A stretch of 38,075 nucleotides of DNA from assembly GCA_021827785.1 (NCBI GenBank), contig JAKAUF010000388.1, positions 1-38,075 of the forward strand, read 5' to 3'. The stretch comes from Acidobacteriota bacterium. Lineage in GTDB: Bacteria > Acidobacteriota > Terriglobia > Terriglobales > SCQP01. Both the position numbers and the translations under genes were made by a program. The notes beneath the pieces are model-generated. The model did not search any database. It saw only the letters and a list, made by a program, of their open reading frames with translations, and was not told the DNA's origin. Below are positions 26,156-35,488 of the stretch, one piece after another. The first letter of the stretch is position 1; every line of letters begins with the position of its first letter.

Positions 26156-27933
26156 GGTTTCACCGCCGCCATCGCGTGGCGGGAAAACAGCAGATAGTGC
26201 TCGGCAATCGGGCCCAGCGACAAGGCGGGGAAAAACGTCAGCGCCGCCACCAGGATTACGGTGCCGATTAATAGAGACACGAACAACGGGCCATGCGTCG
26301 GGAACGTTCCGCTGGTCACCGCCAGGCGCTTCTTGGCGGCGAGGCTGCCCGCGATGCCCAGTAGCGGCAGCAGGAAAATGAACCGTCCGATGAACATGGC
26401 CAGGCCCAGCGTCAGGTTGTACCAGGGAGTGTTGGTGTTCAGGCCGGCGAAGGCGCTGCCGTTATTGCCCGTGGTGCTGGCATACGCATAAAGGATTTCG
26501 CTGAAGCCGTGTGGTCCGGGATTGGCCACGTTGGCCGCGGTAGGCCCGGGCGGATTCCAATACCCGTGCGCCGGAAAGCGGAGGACCGAACTCAGGGCGG
26601 TGAAGACCAGAATGCTGGCGGCGGCGGCGATCAACGCCACCATGGCCAGCTTCACTTCCTTTTGCTCGATTTTTTTTCCAACGTACTCCGGCGTCCGGCC
26701 GACCATCAGGCCGGCAATGAACACGGCCAGGATGGCGAACAGCAGCATCCCTTTCAGCCCCGCGCCCACCCCGCCGAAAATCACCTCGCCGGTGAGCATG
26801 TTCACCAGCGGCACCATGCCCCCGAGGGGCGTGAAGCTGTCGTGCATCGAGTTCACCGCCCCACAACTGGCGTCGGTGGTAACGGTGGCGAACAGAGCCG
26901 AATCGGTAATCCCGAAGCGGACTTCCTTGCCCTCCATGTTGCCGCCCGGCTGGCCGGCGGTAGCCTGGGTGGCGATGCCCATTCGGGCCAAGAGCGGGTT
27001 GCCGCGTTGCTCGAAGTGGTAGCAAAAAAATGCTCCCGCCAGGAACAGCGCGCTCATCGCGGCGAACAGCGCCCAGCCCTGGCGTGTATCGCCGACCTCC
27101 CGGCCGAACATATAAGCCAGCCCCGCCGGGATGACGAAGATGAACAGCATCTCGACGTAGTCGGTCAGCGGCGTGGGATTTTCGAAGGGGTGGGCGGAAT
27201 TGGCGTTGAAGAACCCGCCGCCGTTGGTGCCGGCCATCTTGATCGCCTCTTGCGAAGCCACCGGCCCGCCGGGAATCACCTGCGTGGCTCCTTGAACGGT
27301 GCGCACGGGTAGGTTCGGGCGCAGGGTTTGGATGACGCCTTGCGAGCAGAGAAATAACGCGCCCAGCAATGACAAGGGCAGAAAAACGTAGACCGTGGCC
27401 CGCGTTAGATCCGCCCAAAAGTTGCCGATGGTCTTGGATTCCCGCCGCGCGAAGCCGCGGATCAGGGCCACCGACATCGCCACGCCGGCTGCGGCGGAGA
27501 CGAAGTTTTGCACCGTCAGCGCCGCCATCTGGACAAAATAGCTGAGGGTCGTTTCACCGGCGTAAGATTGCCAGTTGGTGTTGGTGACGAAGCTGATGGC
27601 GGTGTTGAAGGCCAGATCGGGCGAAACCTGCTTCCCGCCGAAGTGTTGCGGATTCAGCGGCAGGAAGCCCTGGAGCCGCTGAATCGCATAGACGAATAGG
27701 AAGCTGACGGCGCTGAACGCCAGCAGCGAAATCGCGTACTGCGTCCAGCGTTGCTCCTGTTCCGGATCCACGCCTCCGAGGCGGTAGCACAAGGCTTCCA
27801 GCCAGCGCAGGGGCGGGTGCAGAAACGTGCGATGGCCGTTGAAGACGCGCGACAGGAAGATGCCGACCGGCTTGGCCAGAGCCAGGACGATCAAGAAAAA
27901 GATGACGATTTGCGCAACGCCGTTGAAGGTCAT
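26152..27933 (-). CDS. kdpA: K+-transporting ATPase subunit A (channel-like subunit)
   Basis: 593 aa and polytopic. [35 protein letters not shown]-like [12 protein letters not shown] are selectivity-filter-like blocks typical of KdpA. Confidence 0.96.
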
Positions 27934-28023
27934 TTAGAACTTTTCCGGCCGGAGCAGGGCATAGAGGAGGTAGACGAACAGGCCCAGCGCCACGATCCCG
28001 GCCAATCCGTAGGCGAATCCCAT
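27934..28023 (-). CDS. kdpF: K+-transporting ATPase subunit F (29 aa; absent from the ORF track)
   Basis: Minus-strand translation gives MGFAYGLAGIVALGLFVYLLYALLRPEKF. The single TM helix plus the LLRPEKF tail is the KdpF signature. GGAG lies 7 nt upstream. Its TAA stop directly abuts the kdpA ATG (TAAATG). Confidence 0.85.
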   Translation of the reverse strand: MGFAYGLAGIVALGLFVYLLYALLRPEKF

Positions 28024-28026
28024 GGC

Positions 28027-28110
28027 TTAGCTCCACTCGCAGAAGCGGACAAACGCCCGGCCCGCTAGAAAGAGCCCGACGCCGATGGCGAGGAATAGCA
28101 GATCCAGCAC
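28027..28110 (-). CDS. Candidate 27-aa hydrophobic leader micro-protein immediately upstream of kdpF
   Basis: The GTG at 28110 is preceded by a perfect GGAGG (28117-28121) with a 6-nt spacer. Product: (M)LDLLFLAIGVGLFLAGRAFVRFCEWS. Its TAA stop lies 3 nt before the kdpF ATG. This is the 3' end of track ORF 28027..28374. Confidence 0.5.
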   Translation of the reverse strand: MLDLLFLAIGVGLFLAGRAFVRFCEWS

Positions 28111-28162
28111 GCACTGCCTCCGTGACGACCATCCCAGCGTGCCAGAAGCGCCGTTAGGAAGT

Positions 28163-28190
28163 CGTAAAGAGAAGCTAAAGGTGGTGTAAA
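28163..28190 (-). promoter_or_regulatory. Putative KdpE operator: three direct TTTAC/TTTAG half-sites at 11-bp spacing
   Basis: The minus strand reads TTTACAccaccTTTAGCttctcTTTACG (half-sites 28185-28190, 28174-28179, 28163-28168). It sits between the kdpE stop (28244) and the first micro-ORF RBS (28121). The E. coli KdpE site is TTTATA-N5-TTTACA. Confidence 0.6.
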
Positions 28191-28243
28191 GACCCCGGCC
28201 CCGGCGCCCCTGCGCGGCCCGCGCGCCGCGCCCGCCGGTGGCG

Positions 28244-28927
28244 CTACTCGGGCGGGAGCAGGCGATAGCCAACCCACGGCTCGGTGCGCAGCAACTGCGG
28301 CCGGCTCGGATCCGCCTCAATCTTCTTGCGCAATTGGTTGACGAAGACGCGCAGGTACTCGGTCTGCTCGCCATAGTCGGGCCCCCATACCGCTTGCAGC
28401 AGTGCGCGGTGCGTCAGCACACGGCCCGGCTGGGAGGCGAGTTGGCGCAGCAGGTCGAATTCCTTGGGCGTGAGCTTCAGCTCCTCGGCGCCATTCCACG
28501 CCCGGCGCGCGGCAACGTCCAAGCGGATGGGCCCGGCTTCGAGCAGCGCGCCCAGCGCGGGCACGGAACGGCGCAGCGAGGAACGGATGCGGGCCAGCAA
28601 TTCGCCGGCGCCGAAGGGCTTGGTCAGATAGTCATCCGCGCCCGCATCCAAAGCCTCGATCTTGTCCGCTTCCGCGCCCCGCACCGACAGGATCAGGATG
28701 GGGGTGTCCGCGCTGCCGCGCAGCCGCCGGCAGACCTCCACGCCGGGCATGTCCGGCAACGCCAAATCCAAGATGACCAAATCCGGGTGGTGGCGAGTGA
28801 ACAGCTCTAGCGCTTCCGCGCCCGCGGCCGCGGTCAGCGTTTCGTAGCCGGCGGAGACGAGGGTGGTTTTGAGGACGCGGCGAATCTGGGGCGCATCGTC
28901 CACCGCCAGGATGCGGGCGGCGCTCAT
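28244..28927 (-). CDS. kdpE: OmpR-family response regulator KdpE
   Basis: REC: ILAVDDAPQIRR...LVILDLALPDMPG...ILILSVRG...GADDYLTKPF. Winged helix: LTPKEFDLLRQLASQPGRVLTHRALLQAVWG...YLRVFVNQLRKKIE...LLRTEPWVGYRL. The ATGA overlap with the upstream kinase supports the start. Confidence 0.93.
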   Translation of the reverse strand: MSAARILAVDDAPQIRRVLKTTLVSAGYETLTAAAGAEALELFTRHHPDLVILDLALPDMPGVEVCRRLRGSADTPILILSVRGAEADKIEALDAGADDYLTKPFGAGELLARIRSSLRRSVPALGALLEAGPIRLDVAARRAWNGAEELKLTPKEFDLLRQLASQPGRVLTHRALLQAVWGPDYGEQTEYLRVFVNQLRKKIEADPSRPQLLRTEPWVGYRLLPPE

Positions 28928-30315
28928 GACGCGGCGCTCCTGGGCGCCGGGGGCGCGGCGTGGGGGACGGCGGCGGGCAGGGTGAACCAGACGCGGGCGC
29001 CGCCTTCGCTGGCATTGGCGGCGCCGATGGCGCCACCCTGCGCCTCGATCAAGCCGCGGGCGATGGCCAATCCCATCCCCAGCCCCTCGGGCCGCAACTG
29101 GCGGGCCAGCGGCGTGCGATGAAATTTTTCAAATGCATGCGCCAGCATCGCCGGTGGAAACCCCGCTCCCAGGTCGCGCACCTCCAGCCGCACGCCGGCC
29201 TCCTCGCGCCGGGCCGTGATCCGAACCGGCGCGGACGGTGGGGAATAGGCGTCGGCATTAGCCAGCAGCTGCGCCAGAGCCCGGGCGGTCAGCGGCCCAT
29301 CGGCCAACACGGCCGGCAGGTCCGGCGCCAGGTCCAGCTCCACGCGCCGCGCCGGACACGGCCGCTGCGCCAGGCTTTCGCGAATCAGCAGCTCGACGGC
29401 CTGCGGGCGCCGCTCCGTTTGCAGGCCGCCGCCCTCAATGCGCGCCATGTCCAGCATGTCTGCCAGCAAGCCATCCAGCCGGTCCGACTCTTCTTCCATC
29501 ACCGCCGCCAGTTCCTGCCGCGCCTCGGCGGCCATCTCCGGCTGGCTGCGCAGGGCGCTGGCGGCGGCCTTCACCGAAGTCAGCGGCGTGCGCAACTCGT
29601 GGGTGAAGGAATCCAGCAACGCCGATTTCAGCGCGTCGCCCGCGCGCAGCGCCGACAGGCGGGTGGTTTCGGCCCGCAACTGCGCGCTTTCCAGGGCGAT
29701 CGCCACCATGCCGGCGATGGCCTCGGCGGTTTCGGCCCCCAACGGAGGTCCCTCCAGGTGCAGGGCACCCACCTCGTGTTGCCCTACCCGCAGCCGCCAG
29801 TGCATGTTAAACGCTCCGTGCGCGGCGGCTTGCGCCCCGCCGCCGACCTCGATGCGCGCGTCCCGCATGCCGAAGATGTGAATCAGCGCCCGCTCCAGGT
29901 CCGCCGTTTCCTCGCTGGGGTTGGCCAGCAAAATCGCCCGGCTCAGGTCGTAGAGCCGCGCGGCGTCGTTGCGCTGCGCCTCCGCTTCCGCCGCCCGCCG
30001 CTGCGCGGTGGCGGATAACCGGCTGGCCACGGCGGCGGTGGCGAGGAATACCGTCAGCGCCACCCAGTTCTGCGGGTCCTGGATGGTCAGGCTGCCTACC
30101 GGCGGGAGGAAGAAGAAGTTGAGCTGCGCGGTGGCGGCAACGCTGGCCGCGAGCGCCGCCGACAGGCCCCAGCCGCTGGCCACGCCCAGCACCACCAAAA
30201 GATAGGCGAAGCCCACGCTCATGGCGTTCAGCGACGGCAGCGCCAGCCGGAATAGCACGGTCACGCCGACGGTCAGGGCCAGCGCGGCGGCGATGGATTT
30301 CGCGGGGCGGCGCAT
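28924..30315 (-). CDS. kdpD: KdpD-type histidine kinase, C-terminal half only (DUF4118 membrane domain, GAF-like linker, HisKA, HATPase)
   Basis: ORF 28924..30675. The likely ATG at 30315 (MRRPAKSIAAALALTV) has GGAG 6 nt upstream. LNFFFLPPVGSLTIQDPQNWVALTVFL matches the KdpD TM-domain signature NFFFxPP. H-box FTHELRTPLTSV. LANADAYS, RDLGAGF and GLGMGLAIARG form the ATPase boxes. No KdpD_N or USP region is present. Confidence 0.88.
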   Translation of the reverse strand: MRRPAKSIAAALALTVGVTVLFRLALPSLNAMSVGFAYLLVVLGVASGWGLSAALAASVAATAQLNFFFLPPVGSLTIQDPQNWVALTVFLATAAVASRLSATAQRRAAEAEAQRNDAARLYDLSRAILLANPSEETADLERALIHIFGMRDARIEVGGGAQAAAHGAFNMHWRLRVGQHEVGALHLEGPPLGAETAEAIAGMVAIALESAQLRAETTRLSALRAGDALKSALLDSFTHELRTPLTSVKAAASALRSQPEMAAEARQELAAVMEEESDRLDGLLADMLDMARIEGGGLQTERRPQAVELLIRESLAQRPCPARRVELDLAPDLPAVLADGPLTARALAQLLANADAYSPPSAPVRITARREEAGVRLEVRDLGAGFPPAMLAHAFEKFHRTPLARQLRPEGLGMGLAIARGLIEAQGGAIGAANASEGGARVWFTLPAAVPHAAPPAPRSAAS

Positions 30316-30338
30316 CTGCGGCTCCGGAAGCGGAGCGA

Positions 30339-31742
30339 TCAGTCGGCGGCGGCGGCGGCCGGAAAGAACCGGGCATGCAACCGCTCCACCGCGCGCGGCA
30401 CGTCGTCGTCCTCGATCACCAGGCTGATATTCATCTCCGAGGCTCCTTGCGAGATCATGCGAATATTGATGTCCCCTAAGGCCGAGAATACCGCCGCGGC
30501 CACTCCCGGGGTGTTGCGCATGCCGCCGCCGACCAGGCAGAGGATGGCCTTGCGCCCCTCGTAGCGCACCTCCGCGAAGCGCCCCAGCGCGTCGGCGATG
30601 GCCGGCAACTGCGCCGTATCGGCCACCGTCAGAGAGACGCTGACCTCGGAGGTCGAGATCATGTCCACCGGGCATTGGTGCGCGGCGAACACGTCGAAGA
30701 TCGCCTTCATGAATCCATGCGCCAGCAGCATTCGCGTCGAGACGATGTCAATCACCGCCACGTTCCGCTTGCTGGAGATGCAGGCCACCGTCGCGCAGGG
30801 GTCGGTGCTGCGCTGGGCGCGGCCCGCTTGGCGGGCGGTGATCAGCGTGCCGGTGACGGCGGGATCCGGCGGGCCGGGGTGAAAGTTCCGCGAGTTGAGC
30901 ACCCAGACCGGAATGTTCTTGCGCATCGCCGGAAGCAGCGTGGCCGGGTGCAGCACCTTGGCGCCGAAATACGCCGACTCCGCCGCCTCCGCGAAGCTGA
31001 TGCGCTGAATGCGCCGGGCCGCCGGGCAGATGCGGGGATCGGCGGTGAGCATCCCATCCACATCGGTCCAGATTTCGATTCGCTCCGCCTCCAGCGCCGC
31101 TCCCAGGATGGCGGCGGAAAAATCCGATCCGCCCCGGCCCAGCGTGGTGCCGACGCCGCGCCGCGTGGCGCCGATAAAGCCGCCCAGCACCGGAATCGAG
31201 CCCGCGGCCAGCAGCGGCTGGAGCTCGGCGGCCGCGGCGCGCTGGATCTCCGCCTCCAGCGGCTGCGCGGCGGTGAAGCGCTCATCGGTAATGATGATGC
31301 GGCGCGCGTCCGCCGTCGTCGCCGGCAGGCCGGCGGCGGCCAGGGCGTGCCGCGCGAGAATTGGCGACACCCGTTCGCCATAGGCCACGACGGCGTCGCG
31401 CGTGCGGGGCGTCAGCTCCGCCACGGCGGAAATGCCGCGCAGCAGTTCGCCCAGCGCCGCGAACGCCGCATTCAGTTCCTCCCGTTCCCGCCCCGCGCCG
31501 CCGCCCAGGTCGGCCAGCACGCGCAGGTGGCGCTCACGCAGCTCCGCCAGCGAGGCGGCGGCGAAATCCCCCTGTCCGTGCAGCGCCAGCGTGGCCAGCT
31601 CGATCAGCCGGTCGGTGGCGCCGGCCAGCGCGCTCACGACCACCACGGGCGATTCCCGGCGCCGGTCGGCGACAATCGCCGCCAGGCGGCGCAGCGCCGC
31701 GGCGTCCTGCACCGACGTCCCTCCGAATTTCATCACCAACAT
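30339..31742 (-). CDS. lysC: Aspartate kinase
   Basis: ORF 30339..32117, with the likely start ATG at 31742 ([20 protein letters not shown]). Motifs: [42 protein letters not shown]. Two ACT-like C-terminal repeats are present. Confidence 0.93.
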   Translation of the reverse strand: MLVMKFGGTSVQDAAALRRLAAIVADRRRESPVVVVSALAGATDRLIELATLALHGQGDFAAASLAELRERHLRVLADLGGGAGREREELNAAFAALGELLRGISAVAELTPRTRDAVVAYGERVSPILARHALAAAGLPATTADARRIIITDERFTAAQPLEAEIQRAAAAELQPLLAAGSIPVLGGFIGATRRGVGTTLGRGGSDFSAAILGAALEAERIEIWTDVDGMLTADPRICPAARRIQRISFAEAAESAYFGAKVLHPATLLPAMRKNIPVWVLNSRNFHPGPPDPAVTGTLITARQAGRAQRSTDPCATVACISSKRNVAVIDIVSTRMLLAHGFMKAIFDVFAAHQCPVDMISTSEVSVSLTVADTAQLPAIADALGRFAEVRYEGRKAILCLVGGGMRNTPGVAAAVFSALGDINIRMISQGASEMNISLVIEDDDVPRAVERLHARFFPAAAAAD

Positions 31743-31765
31743 GGGGATGTCCAGCCCGGCTGGGA

Positions 31766-32818
31766 TTACCAGCCCTCGGCGTGAATCAGCTCCGCGTTCA
31801 GCAGCGCCGCGCCCGCCGCGCCGCGCAGCGTATTGTGCGAAAGCACGACGAACTTGTAGTCCAGCAGGCGGCAGGGGCGCAAGCGCCCGACGGTCACGGT
31901 CATGCCCCCGCCGGCCTCCACGTCCCGCCGCGGTTGCGGCCGGTCGGCGCCGCCGGCGATCCGCAACGGCGAGGCGGGCGCGGTCGGAAGCTTTAACTCT
32001 TGGGGCCGGCCGCGGAACCGCGCCAGCGCGTCGCGCACTTCGGCGAGCGGCGCATGGCGCCGCAATTTCACCGCCACCGCCTCGGTATGCCCCTCCAGCA
32101 CCGGCACCCGGTTGCACTGCGCGGATATGGCGATGTTGGCCGGAACGACGCCGCCCTGGCTTTGCAGCGTGCCCAGAATCTTGCCGGACTCGGTTTCCAG
32201 CTTCTCCTCCTCCCCCGCGATATACGGCACCACATTGGCCAAGATGTCCAGTGACGCCACGCCCGGGTAGCCGGCGCCGCTAATGGCCTGCAGCGTGGTG
32301 ACGAAGACCTGCTCCACGCCGAATGCCCGCTCCAGCGGCGCCAGCGCCATCGCCAGTCCCACCGTCGAGCAGTTCGGGTTGGTGACCACGCCGCCGCGCT
32401 GCGCGTATTCCCGCTGCTGGCGCAGCAGGGCCAAATGCTCCGGGTTGACCTCCGGAATCAGCAAGGGTACGTCGGGGCGCATGCGCAGCGCGCTGGCGTT
32501 GGAAATCACCAGATGTCCGGCGGCGGCGAAGCGCGGCTCCAATTCCGCGGCCGGTCCCGAATCCAGGGCGGAGAAGACCAGGCGCGCGGGACAGCCCTCC
32601 GGCGCGGCGGGTTGCAGCTCCATGCCGGCCGCTGCCGCGGGCAGCGGCGAAGCAAGGTGCCACCGCACCGCCTCGCCATAAATCGCGCCCCGGGACCGGT
32701 CGGACGCCGCCAGCCATACCGGCTCAAACCAGGGGTGAGCCTCCAGCAGGGACAGCAGCCGCTGGCCGACCACGCCGGTCGCGCCCAGCACGCCGACGGG
32801 AGTTTTCGCGTGTGGCAT
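31766..32818 (-). CDS. asd: Aspartate-semialdehyde dehydrogenase
   Basis: VGVLGATGVVGQRLL is the Rossmann fold. NPNCSTVGLAMAL contains the active-site Cys. Also QAISGAGYPG, RVPVLEGHTEAV and HNTLRGAAGAALLNAE. Confidence 0.93.
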   Translation of the reverse strand: MPHAKTPVGVLGATGVVGQRLLSLLEAHPWFEPVWLAASDRSRGAIYGEAVRWHLASPLPAAAAGMELQPAAPEGCPARLVFSALDSGPAAELEPRFAAAGHLVISNASALRMRPDVPLLIPEVNPEHLALLRQQREYAQRGGVVTNPNCSTVGLAMALAPLERAFGVEQVFVTTLQAISGAGYPGVASLDILANVVPYIAGEEEKLETESGKILGTLQSQGGVVPANIAISAQCNRVPVLEGHTEAVAVKLRRHAPLAEVRDALARFRGRPQELKLPTAPASPLRIAGGADRPQPRRDVEAGGGMTVTVGRLRPCRLLDYKFVVLSHNTLRGAAGAALLNAELIHAEGW

Positions 32819-32840
32819 CGTAGGTTCGCGCCGCCCGCGC

Positions 32841-34778
32841 CTAACTCTGGTTGGCCAGTTGTCCGAGCGTGGCCTTTAATACGTCGGTGTTGATCTTGAT
32901 TCTGCCGCTCTTGATCATGCGGGCCCGCAAATGATCCTCGAACGCCGCGAACGCCGCGCTCTGCTTTTGCTGCAACAGGGAAGTCTCCAGCGCCTGCCGC
33001 TGCCGCGCGAACGCTCCTGGCGCCGGCGGCTGGATGGCCTGCAATTGATAGACGATCGTCATGCCATGCGCCGCGGTCGGCGGTCCGACCTCGCCGGGCT
33101 TCAGCCGGAATAGGCTCGCGGCCAGCGGCCGCACCGCGCCGACGTCCGGCAGGCTGCCGTCGCGGGTCAGCGGCGGGCTGGTTTTCACCGCAATGTGCAT
33201 CTTGGCCGCCGCCGCTTGCAATCCCTCTTTTTTCGCCGCCGCGGCCAACTCCTGGCCCTGGCTCGCGGCCAGTTTTGCCGCGGCCTGTTTGCGATACGCC
33301 GATTCCACCTGGCGCCTCACTTGGCGGAAGGGTTGCGTCGCCGCCGGCTCGATGGCGGTGATTTGCGCGAAGGCGTAGCCGGCGGGCACCTGCACCACCG
33401 GCGTTACGCCATGCAGGCTGGCGCCGAAGACGTCGCTTTCAAACTCCGGATTGATGCCGATGCCGGTGATGGGGTCGGTATTGCTCACCGGCGGAATGGG
33501 AATATATTGCAACCCATATTCCGCCGCCAACTTCGGCAGGGGTCGGGAACCGGCCTCGGCTTGCGCCTGATTGACCGCCTTCTGCGCCAGTTGCGCCGCC
33601 TGGGACTGCTGAATGTTGTTGCTGATCTCGCCGGCCGCCTGCGCCAGCGGCTCGACGTGCGCCGCTTGGTGCGCCTCGGCCTTCACGATCTCCAGCCCAT
33701 AGGGCGTGGAGATCACGCCGCTGACCTGGCCCACCGGCAGGGCGAACGCGGCCTGTTCCACCGCGGGATACAGCCGGCCCTGCGTCACCCAGCCGATCTC
33801 CCCGCCCTGCGACGCGGTGGCGTCGTCCTGCGAGTACTTCTTCGCCAAGGCCGAGAACTTCGCCCCGGAGTGGAGCTGAGTTTCGATTTTAGCCGCCAGC
33901 TCCTGGGCTTTCTTGAGCTGCGCCGGCGTGTCGCCGCTGGTCTTCAGCAGGATGTGGGCGATGCGCACGCGCTCCGGAAACGTGTACTGCGCCAGGTGCG
34001 CTTGATAGTACTGCTGGATCTGCGCCGCCGTGGGCTGGATCTTGGCCGCGAACTGCGCCGTGTTGGCCAGCACCAGCCCCAATCCCCGCCGCTCCGGCGA
34101 TTGGTAGGTCGCCTGATGCGCTTGATAAAACGCTTGCAGTTGCTGCGCCGTCGGTTTGACCTGCGTTTCCAGATGCGACGGATCCAGCACGGCGTAGAGA
34201 AACACCGCCTTGTCGTTGTTGCGGCGGAACTCCGCCTGCACCTCGGCGGGCGTGACGCGAATGCCGTCCGTGACCAGGTAGCGCAGCTTGTTGACCAGCA
34301 CCTGCGTGCGCACCCGCTGCTCGAACTGCGGAACCGACATCTGCTCCGCCTGCTGGATGAAGTCCGCGTACTCGGTTTCCCCGACGAACTGGCCGTTGGG
34401 AAATAGCTGCGGAAGCTGCTCCCGGATGGTGCGGGCAACGTCCTTCGAGCTGGCGGTCAGGCCGTAGCGCAGCGCTTCGTCGCCGAGCGCGTTCTCCATG
34501 ATCAGGCTGTTGAGGATCTGCTGGCCGTAGTAGGGCAGATACTCGGGGGGCAGGCGGTCCGCCTGCTCGATGCGGCTGATCTCGCTGTTCAGTTCCGTGG
34601 TGGTGATCTGCCGTCCATCCACGGTGGCCACGGCGGAGGACTGGCCGCCGCTGCCGACGGCCCCGCCGCCGGTAAGGCCGGGCACCAGAAACATGACCAT
34701 GGCGACGGAAATGATGACCAGGATGCCGCCAAGCATGTAGCGGGCGGCGGCATCCTTGCGGCGAAAGAAATTCAGCAT
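32841..34778 (-). CDS. ppiD: Periplasmic chaperone/parvulin-type peptidyl-prolyl isomerase, PpiD-like
   Basis: N-terminal anchor MLNFFRRKDAAARYMLGGILVIISVAMVMF. SurA-N-like region. Parvulin domain: RIAHILLKTSGD...AKKYSQDDATASQGGEIGWVTQGRLYPAVEQAAFALPVGQVSGVISTPYGLEIVK. Confidence 0.88.
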   Translation of the reverse strand: MLNFFRRKDAAARYMLGGILVIISVAMVMFLVPGLTGGGAVGSGGQSSAVATVDGRQITTTELNSEISRIEQADRLPPEYLPYYGQQILNSLIMENALGDEALRYGLTASSKDVARTIREQLPQLFPNGQFVGETEYADFIQQAEQMSVPQFEQRVRTQVLVNKLRYLVTDGIRVTPAEVQAEFRRNNDKAVFLYAVLDPSHLETQVKPTAQQLQAFYQAHQATYQSPERRGLGLVLANTAQFAAKIQPTAAQIQQYYQAHLAQYTFPERVRIAHILLKTSGDTPAQLKKAQELAAKIETQLHSGAKFSALAKKYSQDDATASQGGEIGWVTQGRLYPAVEQAAFALPVGQVSGVISTPYGLEIVKAEAHQAAHVEPLAQAAGEISNNIQQSQAAQLAQKAVNQAQAEAGSRPLPKLAAEYGLQYIPIPPVSNTDPITGIGINPEFESDVFGASLHGVTPVVQVPAGYAFAQITAIEPAATQPFRQVRRQVESAYRKQAAAKLAASQGQELAAAAKKEGLQAAAAKMHIAVKTSPPLTRDGSLPDVGAVRPLAASLFRLKPGEVGPPTAAHGMTIVYQLQAIQPPAPGAFARQRQALETSLLQQKQSAAFAAFEDHLRARMIKSGRIKINTDVLKATLGQLANQS

Positions 34779-34954
34779 GGCGCGGGTTCAGCCCCGGGAA
34801 GCACTCTCCCCTGCGGCCAAAACCAAGCCAGGATCGGGGGATGCCCACCGCCAGGGCGCGGACAACTCTCAATTTGCCCGCGAACGCGGAGGTCCGCAGG
34901 CTGTCTTATAGTATACGGGCTGCTTCCCGGCGGCGACTCGTTGCCGCCCACGCC

Positions 34955-35476
34955 CTACCGCCGCGGGTGCGCCGGCGCGGCGGGATGGGCGGCCGGCGTT
35001 TGCGGCGCCGGGTGCGCGGGGCGCGGATGCACCAGCCGTTGATGGCGTTGGTCCCACTGCGCCACCCAGGCGTTGAACTCCGCCCGCTGCCGCGGGTTCA
35101 GCATGGCCCGAACGCGCTCCCGCTCCTGCGCCCGAATGGGCGCGAAGTCCCGCAACTCCTGGTTGAACAGCGCGTCGTACTGCGGCTGTAGTTGGCGGTG
35201 AATCTGGTTCCAATGCTGCCGCATGTCCACCACGATCGCCCGGAACTGGGTCGCTTGCGACGGGGTCAGATGCAGGAGCCGCGTCATGTGGCGCACGTAG
35301 CGGTCCTGGCGGGAGAGGCGGCGGTGCATGTGCGGCGCCAGCCAAAGGCCTCCGCCCCCGCCGGCGATCAAGCCCAGCACGAAGACGCCGATTAAGATCA
35401 GCGCGCCACGGCGGGTGATTCCACCCCCGGTCGGCGCCGGCGGAGCCACGGGCGGTTGGGTAGGGATAGTGGACAT
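34955..35476 (-). CDS. Membrane-anchored periplasmic CpxP/Spy-like (LTxxQ motif) protein
   Basis: TM helix RRGALILIGVFVLGLIAGGGGGLW. The LHLTPSQATQFRAIV (LTxxQ) motif and the helical QxxxL-rich body are typical of the Spy/CpxP/heavy-metal-sensor family. The gene directly follows the sigma/anti-sigma pair. Confidence 0.7.
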   Translation of the reverse strand: MSTIPTQPPVAPPAPTGGGITRRGALILIGVFVLGLIAGGGGGLWLAPHMHRRLSRQDRYVRHMTRLLHLTPSQATQFRAIVVDMRQHWNQIHRQLQPQYDALFNQELRDFAPIRAQERERVRAMLNPRQRAEFNAWVAQWDQRHQRLVHPRPAHPAPQTPAAHPAAPAHPRR

Positions 35477-35488
35477 GGATGCCTGCGG

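Noticed and set aside
28129-28144. Possible sigma-54 promoter (minus strand TGGCACGCTGGGATGG) upstream of the kdp micro-ORFs
   Set aside because: The -24 element TGGCAC is good. The -12 position reads GATG rather than TTGC, so the invariant GC is missing at the correct spacing. No enhancer-binding-protein gene is nearby, and KdpE is an OmpR-type activator that works with sigma-70.
34905-34916. cttatagtatac (minus strand GTATACTATAAG) as a -10 element for ppiD
   Set aside because: It is a plausible -10-like TATACT/TATAAG in the largest gap of the minus-strand string. I found no matching -35 at the proper spacing, so it is too weak to annotate.
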